This document shows positions 14,155-23,837 of a stretch of DNA of 64,000 nt, one piece after another (position 1 is the stretch's first letter; the number at the start of each line of letters is the position of its first letter). The stretch covers positions 78,400 through 142,399 of the forward strand of contig JBPOJF010000013.1 in assembly GCA_052033915.1 (NCBI GenBank). Reading direction: 5' to 3'. A program made the position numbers and the translations under genes. Source of the DNA: Lentisphaerota bacterium (GTDB taxonomy: Bacteria > Verrucomicrobiota > Kiritimatiellia > CAIQIC01 > JAGNIJ01). The notes beneath the pieces are model-generated. The model was not told the origin of the DNA, searched no databases, and saw nothing but the letters and a program-made list of their open reading frames with translations.

Positions 14155-14226
14155 AGCATAATCATCGAAACAATCAATCTTTTTCGGCGCGCGGGGAGGA
14201 ACGAGCGAGCCGGCGGACACGTCCTT

Positions 14227-16155
14227 TTACGGGGCGGGAGCGTGGGTCGCCGCCCGGGCTGCCGCGAGTTTCTCCTCCAACGCCTTGATGTTCAACCGAA
14301 TCATTTCGTTATTCCACTTCGCCGCCGCCTTCCGGAACACATCGAGAGCCTCCTGATCCCGGCCCATGCGGCGAAGCTGGAGACCCAGGTGGGACACATA
14401 AAACAGGTGTTCGGGATCAGCCGCCACCGCCCGGCGAAGGCATTCGAGCGCTTTTTCCTGCTCCCCCAGAGCATTGTAGGCCTTGCTCAGCCCGAAAACC
14501 GCCTCCAGATCATACGGATTTCGAATCAGCGCGTTGTCATACAGCGCCACGGCAGCCCGCGCCTGCCGGACCTTTTCATCCGCGTCGAAGTTCCAGAAAC
14601 TCTGCGACATGAAGACGTGCGCCTTGCTCATATAGGGACGCCAGTTGCCGGGGTCCGCGGCGATGGCTTTGTCGAACAGGTCGCCGGCCTGGGACATCTG
14701 GAATTGCTCGCGGCGCTGTTCTCCGATGAAGTGCAGCCCGTAGGACAGGAACGCCTTCACGGTCAACACCGCGATCGCAACCGCAACCAGCGCGCCGCCT
14801 CCGTAAACGAGCATCCAGGCCGGCGCCTTCAGCGGGCGCGGCTTCCAGAGACCTGTTGCGTACAAGCAGGCCGTGGTCGTTCCCGCGATCAGGATCATGA
14901 CATGGTTGTTGGAAAAGATATGTAGGTTGAAATCGAATAGGGCGTGCGCAAACGTCGCCGCCAGAGTTCCCAGAAGGCCGGCAACCAGGTAGGCATCCCG
15001 ATCCCGATCCGCCTTGAGATACGCCCCGAAGAAACGGACGCAGGCCGTCAGCACAACCAGCGCAAACAGGAAGAGCCCGACCAGGCCGTAGTCTGCCACG
15101 AAATGCAGGTACTCGTTATGAGCATAGTTGAAAAGCATCTGCTCGCTGAGCGTCCTGAATTGCGGAAAGATCCATTGGTAGCTGCCCGCACCCCAACCCA
15201 GCCACGGCTGTTGGCGAATCATGGCCAGCGTATCCGGCCAGATCCGAAGGCGAATGTCGCCCTGAATGGCCATCTGGATTCGATCCCGGAAGATATCGGA
15301 GAACATCCATAACCCGCCCGCGGTCGCCGCGACCACCAAAGGGACGGCGAGAAGAGTGATGAGAAAGAACGTTCTTCCCCGCCTCGCTCCCACCATGCAC
15401 ATCACGGTGCTTAACCCGGCAATCGCTCCAATCCAGCCGCTTCGGGACTGCGTCAGAAACAGGACGGGAAGAAATAGAGCCAAGCCATAGCCCGCGAGCA
15501 ATCTCAACGGCACTCCGGCGGACGGCATCAGCGCCAGCGCCAGGCAAAGGGGCATGAGGATTCCCAGCAGATGCGCAAAATGGTTCGGGCAGAAATAGGT
15601 ACCGCTGGCGCGCATCGCGTACTGGTCCGGCCGTTCAAGATTCAGCACCATCCGGGTTCCGTGGCTGTGCTGGATGATGGCGTACCATGCGATCAGCGTC
15701 ACCGCGAAGATCAACAAGCCGAGGAGAATTCGCCAGCGCCCGTGATGCGAAGCCAGTTCTGACCACGCCCAATAGGCGCCTATGTAGCCGGCCAGTTTCA
15801 GGATTTCGAACCGCCCGTCGTACGGCACGGAACCATACGGAACCATGACCGCCAGAAACACGAAGACGAACAGCCAGAGGATTCCGCCCGGCGGCACTTG
15901 CAGTTGCCTCAAATCCGCTCCGGCGAAAGGCCGCAGAAAGAACAACAGCAATCCGATCGACGAGGCAAACATCAGCGGACAGATCGACCAAAGGCGCACC
16001 GCGCCGAACAGGTAGACGCCGACCAGCGAGGGAAGAAGAAGCAGCGAAATCGCAACCCAGTCGAGAACGGATCGGCGGGTTGAGTTCGGGACGGCGTGGC
16101 GGCGCCGACGCCGGGGCGTTGGCTCAACGCCGCGACATGGCTCGTTGCCATGCAA
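14227..16155 (-). CDS. O-antigen ligase (Wzy_C) family membrane protein with C-terminal TPR repeats
   Basis: N-terminal ~440 aa polytopic, with a Wzy_C-like loop 'AHNEYLHFVADYGLVGL'. C-terminal ~180 aa soluble with TPR-like repeats ('AIAADPGNWRPYMSKAHVF', 'LYDNALIRNPYDLEAVFGLSKAYNALGEQEKALECLRRAVAADPEH'). Confidence 0.7.
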   Translation of the reverse strand: MHGNEPCRGVEPTPRRRRRHAVPNSTRRSVLDWVAISLLLLPSLVGVYLFGAVRLWSICPLMFASSIGLLLFFLRPFAGADLRQLQVPPGGILWLFVFVFLAVMVPYGSVPYDGRFEILKLAGYIGAYWAWSELASHHGRWRILLGLLIFAVTLIAWYAIIQHSHGTRMVLNLERPDQYAMRASGTYFCPNHFAHLLGILMPLCLALALMPSAGVPLRLLAGYGLALFLPVLFLTQSRSGWIGAIAGLSTVMCMVGARRGRTFFLITLLAVPLVVAATAGGLWMFSDIFRDRIQMAIQGDIRLRIWPDTLAMIRQQPWLGWGAGSYQWIFPQFRTLSEQMLFNYAHNEYLHFVADYGLVGLFLFALVVLTACVRFFGAYLKADRDRDAYLVAGLLGTLAATFAHALFDFNLHIFSNNHVMILIAGTTTACLYATGLWKPRPLKAPAWMLVYGGGALVAVAIAVLTVKAFLSYGLHFIGEQRREQFQMSQAGDLFDKAIAADPGNWRPYMSKAHVFMSQSFWNFDADEKVRQARAAVALYDNALIRNPYDLEAVFGLSKAYNALGEQEKALECLRRAVAADPEHLFYVSHLGLQLRRMGRDQEALDVFRKAAAKWNNEMIRLNIKALEEKLAAARAATHAPAP

Positions 16156-16935
16156 CTAGAAGAATCTCCTGTGCACGATGATTACGTCACCCGACTCGAG
16201 CTCTCTGTCCCGTTCGGGATGCTTTTCAATCGCATCGACGTCCACGCGCATACGCTGGTTGCCCCGAAGGATTTCCACCTTGGAGTGGTTTGCAAAATCC
16301 GTGAATCCGCCCGCCGCGGCAATCGCCTGGACGACCGTAACGCGACTCATCAGCAGGAACCGGCCCGGTTGTTTGATCTCGCCGCGGACATAATAACTCC
16401 GCGAAGGGACCACGACGTTCACGGTCACCATTTTGTAAATCTGTTGATCGATGTAGGTCTTCTGGATGGCCTGCTCAAGCCCCGTACTGGTCTTGCCGCC
16501 GGCCCGGATCGCGCCCACGTACGGCATGTTGATGTTGCCGTTTTCGTCAATGATATCCTCCAGCTTCTGCTCTCCGCCGGGAACACCGGGAATCCCCCGC
16601 AGGTAGATGACCACCGGATCTCCCACCTTCAGGCGGTACGCGGAGGAAGACGAAGCGATGGATGTCGCCGCCGAGTCCTTCTTTACCGGGGTTGCCGCCG
16701 CCGGCGCCTGAAGAGCAGGGGCGGGGTTGGCGGCCGGCCTGGAGATGACCGCCGTGCTGCCGGTCGAAACCGAGAAACGCGGCGCCGACGCGATCAACGC
16801 CGGCCGGGGCTGCTCCGCCGCGGCGGCCGGTTTCGGAGCCGCAGGCGCCGCATAGCTGTACCGATCGTGCGTGCGACAACCGGCCGAACCCATCACGAAC
16901 AACACACCCATGGCTAAAACCGCGCGCTTCAGCAT
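16156..16935 (-). CDS. wza: Polysaccharide export outer-membrane lipoprotein Wza (Poly_export + SLBB)
   Basis: Lipoprotein signal '...MGSAGC'. 'YRLKVGDPVVIYLRG' Poly_export motif and C-terminal SLBB 'GDVIIVHRRFF'. Confidence 0.8.
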   Translation of the reverse strand: MLKRAVLAMGVLFVMGSAGCRTHDRYSYAAPAAPKPAAAAEQPRPALIASAPRFSVSTGSTAVISRPAANPAPALQAPAAATPVKKDSAATSIASSSSAYRLKVGDPVVIYLRGIPGVPGGEQKLEDIIDENGNINMPYVGAIRAGGKTSTGLEQAIQKTYIDQQIYKMVTVNVVVPSRSYYVRGEIKQPGRFLLMSRVTVVQAIAAAGGFTDFANHSKVEILRGNQRMRVDVDAIEKHPERDRELESGDVIIVHRRFF

Positions 16936-16948
16936 TCCAAAACCTCTG

Positions 16949-19087
16949 TTACAAACTGTCCTTCTTCTGCTCCGGAGCCGCCTGAATTTCGTCGGCCGGC
17001 TTCGACTCGTCGGACTGGTAATATTGCGAGTAGTACGAATGATAATAATAGTAGTAGTCGTCGCGAAGAATATTAATATTGTTCAGCACGACGCCGAGCA
17101 GATGGCCGCCGACATTCTCGATCAGCCGCTTCGCCCGGGACGAGATGATCCTCGGATATTTCCGATACTGCACGACCAGCAGAACGCCGTCCACCTCACT
17201 GGCCAATATTGACGCATCCGTAACCCCCATGATCGGGGGGGAGTCGAAGAACACATAATCGTACCGCGCCTTCAAGTTCTTCACCAATTCGCGCATGCGC
17301 TGGGAATTGAGAAGACCCAGCGAGGAGCGCGGAAGCTTGCCGCTGGGCAGAAAGTGCAGGTTGGGAATGCTCGTGGGTTTGATCGTTTCCTCGATCGGCA
17401 CATCTCTCATCAGCACATTGGTCAGGCCGAAGCGATTGGACATGTTCAGGATCGTGTGCTGGACCGGGCGGCGGAGATCGGAGTCCACGATCAGCACCTT
17501 GTCCCCCAGTTGGGCGCAGATGTAGGCGAGATTGAACAACGTCGTGGACTTGCCCTCGCCGACGCCGCCGCTGACCACGGCAAACGCGCCGGCGCCGATC
17601 CCCTTGTTGGCAAACTGCATGTTCGTCTTGAGCACGCGATACGCTTCCGCGTGCGGACTATCCGGACCCTCCTCAATCAGCGGACGGACCTTCTGAGGAA
17701 TCACGCCGATGACGGGCAGCCCCAGGAATCGTTCAACGTCATCCACCGTCTTCACCGACGTATCCAGGTACTCAATGAAGTACGCCAGACCGACGCCCGC
17801 CACGAGACCGAGGATCAGGCTGAGCAGGATATTCATGACAATATTCGGGCTGACCGGGCGGTTCAACATGGGCGGCTCGGCAGGATCTGTTATTTCCACG
17901 GGCGTCCGCGGCACTTCGACCTCGATCCCCGTCTGGGCCACGCGCGCCCGCAGGGCATCGAGGATGTGGCGCTGAACTTCCACCTCGCGCTCCGCCTTGT
18001 CGAACGGAAGAAATTTTTCGCGCTCCGCATCAATGTCGCTTTTCCGCGCCGTTTCGAGTTCTGAGGCCAGCACGTTATACTTCTCAAGCGCGACGGCGTA
18101 GTCCGCTCGCAACCCCGTCTTCAACCCCTCGAGGGCGTTGTTCAACTTCTGCTTCAACTCGTTCACTCCGGCCTGGATTCTCTTCACCTCGGGGTGATTG
18201 ATCCCGTAGGTCTCGAGGAGAACCTTCAGGCTCACTTCGGAGTCGGCGAGTTGGGCTTTGATGGCGGTCAGATTCTGATCGTTGACGATATACGACGATG
18301 CATTCATCAATTCATCGCCGTCCAGCGACTCCAACTGATCCAGGCGCGCCTTGCGAACCAGCATGTCCACACGCGCGGCAATGCGGTCAGCCTCGAGCTG
18401 CTGCAGCCGGAGCTTGTCGGCCTGGAACCCCTTGGAGATCACGCTGACGCCCAATTCCTTGCGGATCTTTTCGAGTTCCTGCTCCGCCTGGTCCACGCGG
18501 TCCTGCTGTTTCTGCAGTTCGCTTTCCAGCACTTCAACGGCCCGCTTGACTTCCTGCCTCTTGGCGGTGAGCCGCTGATCCCTGTAAACCGCCGCGATCT
18601 CGTTGGCAATCCGGGCGGCTTCCTCGGGGTCTTCGCGATACACCTGGATGTCAATCAAGCTGGTATCGCGGAACTGCTCAACCTTGATCGAGCGGGAGAG
18701 CAGAGTAAACGCATCTTCACGACTCAGCGGCGCGCCGTCGTCACGCGCCTTCTCCCCCCAAATCTGCTGGAGATTCAGGTTGTTGATCACTTGGTAGAGG
18801 ATCTGCTTCGACTGGATAAGCTGGTACTGGGTCCGCATGAAGAACGGGTTGTAGGCGGCGACGTACTGCCGCTCAAACACGTCGATGTCCATGGCGTCTT
18901 CGCGGACCATGATCCGCGCGTTCGCCATGTACTTTCTGGGCAACGTCAACGTGAAGGCGGTGCCGGTCACCACCACTAGAAGCATGACGGCCAGAATGAC
19001 TTCCTTCCTCGACCGGATGACGCGCCAGTAGTCGAGAAAATGCAAACTGCCTTCACCGGACTGGGACTGAGTCTGAACTTGATCCAT
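16949..19087 (-). CDS. wzc: Polysaccharide co-polymerase / tyrosine autokinase Wzc (GumC/EpsB-like)
   Basis: N-terminal TM + Wzz domain, long coiled-coil periplasmic region, second TM, Walker A 'VVSGGVGEGKSTT', Walker B 'VLIVDSD', C-terminal Tyr cluster 'DDYYYYYHSYYSQYYQSDE'. Confidence 0.85.
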   Translation of the reverse strand: MDQVQTQSQSGEGSLHFLDYWRVIRSRKEVILAVMLLVVVTGTAFTLTLPRKYMANARIMVREDAMDIDVFERQYVAAYNPFFMRTQYQLIQSKQILYQVINNLNLQQIWGEKARDDGAPLSREDAFTLLSRSIKVEQFRDTSLIDIQVYREDPEEAARIANEIAAVYRDQRLTAKRQEVKRAVEVLESELQKQQDRVDQAEQELEKIRKELGVSVISKGFQADKLRLQQLEADRIAARVDMLVRKARLDQLESLDGDELMNASSYIVNDQNLTAIKAQLADSEVSLKVLLETYGINHPEVKRIQAGVNELKQKLNNALEGLKTGLRADYAVALEKYNVLASELETARKSDIDAEREKFLPFDKAEREVEVQRHILDALRARVAQTGIEVEVPRTPVEITDPAEPPMLNRPVSPNIVMNILLSLILGLVAGVGLAYFIEYLDTSVKTVDDVERFLGLPVIGVIPQKVRPLIEEGPDSPHAEAYRVLKTNMQFANKGIGAGAFAVVSGGVGEGKSTTLFNLAYICAQLGDKVLIVDSDLRRPVQHTILNMSNRFGLTNVLMRDVPIEETIKPTSIPNLHFLPSGKLPRSSLGLLNSQRMRELVKNLKARYDYVFFDSPPIMGVTDASILASEVDGVLLVVQYRKYPRIISSRAKRLIENVGGHLLGVVLNNINILRDDYYYYYHSYYSQYYQSDESKPADEIQAAPEQKKDSL

Positions 19088-19201
19088 GAATCGTCGGCTC
19101 CCAAAAAGCTAGTGAGGCTTTCGCCTCACTAGCATGGCAAGGCCTGCTGGATAATCAGCTGAAATCCGATCCGAGCCACCTTTCCCTGCGCGCGCCCGGA
19201 A

Positions 19202-20416
19202 CTAGAACTGGGTTTTCCACCCCACATCAACCCGATTCTCCACGAAATCCTCGCGCATCTTGGCTCCGTTGTTGTACTCGAGATCGGATGTGAAGTCAGA
19301 GTACTGCCAACCGGCTTCCAGCCAGTTCGACCGATTGACCTGGTAGGTCACGCGCGCGCTGACCTGCAGGGTCTCTTCTTTCCCGTCCTTCGCGCCGACC
19401 AACGGATGGGCCGGATCGGGTTCGCGGAGCGCCTGGTCCGCGCTGTAATCCCCCACGATGTAGCTGCCCGACAGATAGAGCGCCACACGCGCCGTGAGAT
19501 CGTGAGCAATACTGGCGTACATCTGCGCGCGGTCCTGGCTCGCAAACGGATATACTTCCGTCTCGAACATGGAGTAGCCGACGCCCGCGCTGATGCGCGT
19601 CGCCGGGGTTGGAAGGAACGTGGCCGAGGCGTCCACATACGGCGAGCTCTGCGAGTCGATCTTGTCGTCGTTGAATTCCTTCTGCTGGAAACCGCCCACC
19701 ACATTCCCGATCAGGCTGGGGCTGAAGATCTGTTCAACGCCGCCGCCCACATACACGCTCTTCGAGCCGCGATCCGGACCTTCATACTCGACGCCCTCGC
19801 CGCGGAACTCGCCGATCAGCGTGGTCTCCGGAACCACCTGGTGCCGCAGGGTCAGCCCGCCGACAAACAGGTCGTAATCTTCGGAGTTGGAATAGATGTC
19901 CTCATCATACCGCAGGGCGATATACCGGCCGGCCAGTTCCAACCGCGTCGACGGCCGCAGGAGATAGCCCAAGGTGCCGTTGAGGGTGTTGTAGTAGAAA
20001 TCGCTGTTCTCCCGGACCAGGTCGCCGTTGCCATCCTTCAGCTTGGGGGATTCGCCGCGGCGCAGCGTGTCCACCACGCTCAACGTCACGCGGGGCGAGA
20101 ACGTCTGGTTCAGGATGAAATCCAGTTCATTCTGAAAATCAGTGCTGTCGGACGGCCTATCGTCCCACCACACATAGGAGGGGCGATAGCGCACGCCGAT
20201 GTACGTGTTCTGCAGGTTGAAATTGACGAGGAATTCCAGTTCTTCAATGATCTTGAAGCTGCTTTCCTTGTCGTTTTCAGACTGGTAAATATTGTCGTCG
20301 TACTCGAAGCGCAGGCGGTTGTTGACCTGGAACGGCTTGGCTCCCTCACGGGCCCATGCGGCATCAGCCATTGCCAGCACAAACAGAAAAGCGCACAGCC
20401 ATTTTGTCCATTTCAT
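19202..20416 (-). CDS. Outer-membrane beta-barrel protein associated with the EPS export module
   Basis: Signal peptide 'MKWTKWLCAFLFVLAMADAAWA'. Alternating amphipathic strands rich in Y/G/S/N/D and a C-terminal 'GWKTQF' aromatic terminus typical of OMPs. Confidence 0.5.
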   Translation of the reverse strand: MKWTKWLCAFLFVLAMADAAWAREGAKPFQVNNRLRFEYDDNIYQSENDKESSFKIIEELEFLVNFNLQNTYIGVRYRPSYVWWDDRPSDSTDFQNELDFILNQTFSPRVTLSVVDTLRRGESPKLKDGNGDLVRENSDFYYNTLNGTLGYLLRPSTRLELAGRYIALRYDEDIYSNSEDYDLFVGGLTLRHQVVPETTLIGEFRGEGVEYEGPDRGSKSVYVGGGVEQIFSPSLIGNVVGGFQQKEFNDDKIDSQSSPYVDASATFLPTPATRISAGVGYSMFETEVYPFASQDRAQMYASIAHDLTARVALYLSGSYIVGDYSADQALREPDPAHPLVGAKDGKEETLQVSARVTYQVNRSNWLEAGWQYSDFTSDLEYNNGAKMREDFVENRVDVGWKTQF

Positions 20417-20473
20417 CGGCCTATCTCCTCGGTTCCGTTGATGCATCACAATTCACCTTGAAAATCGTCTGCC

Positions 20474-21091
20474 TCAGTCCTGGGTCACGGGTTTCGGCTT
20501 GAACTCGTCGGCAATGAATTCAAACTGGCTCAACACGCGCACCACATAGGCCATATCCACACCGTACTGGGTCTCGTCGAGCGGATTGAACTTGTGACGC
20601 TTTTCCAGCGGATCGACCTGCGGCGATGCCACATGAACCGCCACCGGTTCCGCCAAAGGTTCGACGTAGCTCACGGTTTCGCCCACGGCATCCAGCGGAA
20701 CGCCCTGCGCCTTCAGGTAATCGATCCATTCCTTCGGATCCTCGGGATGCTTGATGTCGCCCTGCTTCTTCATGGCCTGCACAATCACGCGGGCCAGATC
20801 CGCCTTGATCACGGGGTTGCCGGGCTTCCAGCCATCCTTGGGGGCAATGCCGTTATCCATGAGCAACGTAAAGCACTGCTGATCGCTGGGGGCTGCCGGG
20901 AGAAAACGCGAAAGACCCAGAACCTGAACCAGGAGATGGGCCAGTTCGGCCTGGGAAACCTCCGCCGTCTTGGTCACAGGAGCCTTCTTTGCCCTGGCGG
21001 GTTGAGGATTCTTTTCCGCGGCGGTTACGGAGGGAACAGCAAAGGCGATGCAAAGAACCGCAACCAACAACACCGACCACATTTTCTTCAT
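20474..21091 (-). CDS. Secreted hypothetical protein (signal peptide, no recognisable domain)
   Basis: 'MKKMWSVLLVAVLCIAFAVPSVTAAEK' signal peptide. Last gene of the minus-strand block, divergent from rnhC. Confidence 0.4.
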   Translation of the reverse strand: MKKMWSVLLVAVLCIAFAVPSVTAAEKNPQPARAKKAPVTKTAEVSQAELAHLLVQVLGLSRFLPAAPSDQQCFTLLMDNGIAPKDGWKPGNPVIKADLARVIVQAMKKQGDIKHPEDPKEWIDYLKAQGVPLDAVGETVSYVEPLAEPVAVHVASPQVDPLEKRHKFNPLDETQYGVDMAYVVRVLSQFEFIADEFKPKPVTQD

Positions 21092-21333
21092 ATTTGAGAC
21101 CTCCACGTTCAGATCACCCATGGCGCTTGCCACAAACTGACAGAACAAACCCCGTACGCGAATATAGTTGCAACTACATATAGAGCATTAGTATCCCGAC
21201 CCGAGAGAACCGGTCAACAACATTTTCCGCGAAATACGCGGGGTTTTTGTGAAAATCCGAGGGGGGATCCTTCCCCTCGCGGGTCATGAGACCTCGGGTT
21301 GTCACCGAATATGCCTTCTGATACTGTTTGCGC

Positions 21334-22314
21334 ATGACGCCGAGAACCTCGTTTACCTTCAAGCTGACCCCGGGACAGCAGACCACGCTCGCGGCTCTTC
21401 TGAAAGCCGGGAACTACATCCCGCGCGAAGTCGAACACACCATCGCGGCGGCGGAGGGTCAGGACTGCAAGATCGCCCTCTACAAGAGCGGCAAATGCCT
21501 CGTCCAGGGCCGCGGGGCGCAGGACTGGGTGACGTTTGTTCTCGAACCCCAGGTGCTTCAGGAAGCACATCTCGGCTACGAGAAGATTCTCAACCCCAAA
21601 GCGTCACAACCCCACATGGGCATCGACGAAAGCGGAAAGGGCGATTTCTTCGGCCCCCTCGTCATCGCCGCGGCGTACGCCGATGAACGCCTCACGGACG
21701 CGCTGCAGGAGATGAACGTCCGCGACAGCAAGACCGTTACGAGCGACCGCAAGGCGCTCGAGATGGCCCGGGACATCCGCAATCTGCTCGGAAAGCGGTT
21801 CGCGATCGTCACCATCGGTCCCCGCGCGTACAACCGCCTCTACGCCGGCATGCGAAACGTCAACAAGATCCTCGCCTGGGGCCACGCGAGGGCCATCGAG
21901 AATCTTCTGGAGAAGGTGCCCGATTGCCCCCGCGCCATCTCCGACCAGTTCGGCCCGAAACGGCAGATCGAACAGGCGCTCATGAAGAAGGGCCGGAAGA
22001 TCGAACTCGTCCAGCGCCACAAGGCGGAGTCCGATATGGCCGTCGCGGCCGCCTCCCTTCTCGCGCGCGCCGGGTTCCTTCTCGCGCTCATCGACCTCCA
22101 GAAGAAATTCGGTGTCGCCATTCCGAAAGGCGCCTCCGCCCACGTGCAGGACACCGCGGTCAAGCTGATCGGCAAGCACTCCCCCCGGATCCTCCTCGAT
22201 ATCGCCAAGTGCCATTTCAAAACCGCCGACGTCGTGCTCGGGAAAACTTCGTTCGACCGGAGCATTCTGGGGCCGGAAGGCCAGGCGACGTCGAAGACGC
22301 CGGGGGGGGAATGA
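21334..22314 (+). CDS. rnhC: Ribonuclease HIII
   Basis: N-terminal ~80-aa RNase HIII-specific domain followed by an RNase HII-fold with 'GIDESGKGDFFGPLVIAAAY' (DESGKG is the HIII variant of the DEAGRG motif). Confidence 0.8.
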   Translation: MTPRTSFTFKLTPGQQTTLAALLKAGNYIPREVEHTIAAAEGQDCKIALYKSGKCLVQGRGAQDWVTFVLEPQVLQEAHLGYEKILNPKASQPHMGIDESGKGDFFGPLVIAAAYADERLTDALQEMNVRDSKTVTSDRKALEMARDIRNLLGKRFAIVTIGPRAYNRLYAGMRNVNKILAWGHARAIENLLEKVPDCPRAISDQFGPKRQIEQALMKKGRKIELVQRHKAESDMAVAAASLLARAGFLLALIDLQKKFGVAIPKGASAHVQDTAVKLIGKHSPRILLDIAKCHFKTADVVLGKTSFDRSILGPEGQATSKTPGGE

Positions 22315-22315
22315 C

Positions 22316-22432
22316 GAATGACCCATGGTGAATGCCTAATGAATGACGAAGTCCGAATGACGAGTCGGATCGGCATTCCGGAATGCGTCATTCATTCGTC
22401 ATTCGCGCTTCGTCATTTGCCATTGCGAGGCG
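22316..22432. repeat. Cluster of GAATGAC heptamers (left arm, ~5 copies) and GTCATTC heptamers (right arm, ~4 copies) around a perfect central palindrome GCATTCCGGAATGC
   Basis: Seen directly. Begins at the rnhC stop codon and ends 5 nt before the FAH start codon. Confidence 0.5.
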
Positions 22433-22436
22433 CCGC

Positions 22437-23294
22437 ATGAAACTGATCCGCTTCGGTCCGCCCAACCAGGAACGCCCCGGCGTCCTCATCGAAAAGGATT
22501 CGAAGATCCTCGATGTGCGCGCCATGGCGTTCGATATCAAGGACTTCAACGGCCATTTCTTCACGCACTGGGGAATCCGGCGCGTCCAGGCTCTCTTGAA
22601 GGAGCCGTCGCTCAAAACCGTCCCGGCCGACGGCGTGCGCCTCGGCCCGCCCGTCGCGAGACCCGGAAAAATCGTCTGCCTCGGCAAGAACTACGCGGAT
22701 CACGCGGCGGAGTTCGACGCTGAAATTCCTTCCTCCCCCATCCTCTTCAGCAAGGCCCCCACGTCGCTCGTCGGACCGTTCGACCCGATCCTCCTCCCGT
22801 GCGGCGCGAACATCGTCGACGGCGAAGTCGAACTGGCGGTCGTGATCGGCCGAACGGCGCGCGGCGTACAGGAATCCGATGCCCTTCAGTTCGTCGCCGG
22901 TTATACCGTTTTGAACGATGTCACCGACCGCGAGGCCCAGAAAGAGGGCAGACAGTGGTTCCGCGCGAAGAGCGCCGACACGTTCTGCCCGCTTGGCCCA
23001 TACCTCGTCACGCCGGACGAAATCCGCGACCCGCAGAACCTGCGCCTGTATTCGAAAATCAACGGGCAGACCCTGCAGGACAACAGCACATCGAAGATGA
23101 TCTTCAAGATCGCGCACCTGATCTCGTTCATCAGTTCATCGATCACGCTGGAAGCCGGCGACATCCTCGCCACGGGAACGCCGGGCGGAATCGGCTCGGC
23201 ACACAAACCGCCCGTCCTGCTGCGGCCCGGAGACACCATCGAGGCCGGTATCGAGGGCTTGGGCAGGCAACGCGGAACGGCACAGGCATCGTAG
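22437..23294 (+). CDS. Fumarylacetoacetate hydrolase (FAH) family protein (2-keto-4-pentenoate hydratase-like)
   Basis: 'GKIVCLGKNYADHAAEF', 'EVELAVVIGR', 'GYTVLNDVTDRE', 'GDILATGTPGGIG' are FAH-fold hallmarks. Confidence 0.8.
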   Translation: MKLIRFGPPNQERPGVLIEKDSKILDVRAMAFDIKDFNGHFFTHWGIRRVQALLKEPSLKTVPADGVRLGPPVARPGKIVCLGKNYADHAAEFDAEIPSSPILFSKAPTSLVGPFDPILLPCGANIVDGEVELAVVIGRTARGVQESDALQFVAGYTVLNDVTDREAQKEGRQWFRAKSADTFCPLGPYLVTPDEIRDPQNLRLYSKINGQTLQDNSTSKMIFKIAHLISFISSSITLEAGDILATGTPGGIGSAHKPPVLLRPGDTIEAGIEGLGRQRGTAQAS

Positions 23295-23379
23295 CCCGGA
23301 TATTGCACGAGAGCTCGCGCAACAAGCGGACGAGCATAATCCCGCAGCGCTTCCCTTTGTTCAGAACCCCGAAAAAGAG

Positions 23380-23410
23380 AAAAGGATGGCGGGTACCCGC
23401 CATCCTTTTC
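23380..23410. terminator. Bidirectional intrinsic terminator: A-tract, GGATGGCGGGTACCCGCCATCC hairpin, T-tract
   Basis: Perfect 9-bp stem flanked by A5 and T4 between the convergent FAH (+) and HU (-) genes. Confidence 0.6.
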
Positions 23411-23438
23411 CACACCTAAAACGCCCAGGATTGTCAGT

Positions 23439-23717
23439 TTAGCGGCCGAGGATCGCGTCCTTCGCAGCCTTCGCCACGCGGAACTTCACAACCTTCTTGG
23501 CCGGGATCTGAATCTGTTCGCCTGTCGCCGGATTACGGCCGATGCGAGCGGCGCGATTCACAAGGACGAGCTTGCCGAGACCGGGAATCGTAAAGCTGTT
23601 CTTCGCTTCCTTGTAAGCGAGCTTGCACAGTTCATCAAAAAACAGAGCGACCTGCTTTTTCGCGAGGCCTGTCTTCTCCGCCAACTGTCCCTGAATCTGA
23701 GCCTTGGTCAACGCCAT
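23439..23717 (-). CDS. hup: HU family nucleoid-associated DNA-binding protein
   Basis: 92 aa, '[23 protein letters not shown]...[35 protein letters not shown]' is the HU/IHF signature. Confidence 0.9.
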   Translation of the reverse strand: [92 protein letters not shown]

Positions 23718-23837
23718 GACTATCCTCCTTCGGTTTGAGTTTGCTGCCTACAGACTAAATCCGATCCAATTTCACCCGGCATTGTGGTGTGATTTATAGG
23801 CAAAACAAGTGTTTTTTTCGTTTTTTTGGGGCGTTTT

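Noticed and set aside
21149-21333. Near-palindrome ATATAGTTGCAACTACATATAG in the divergent region between the secreted hypothetical gene and rnhC
   Set aside because: Imperfect and single-copy. It could be a promoter element, but the evidence is too thin to call.
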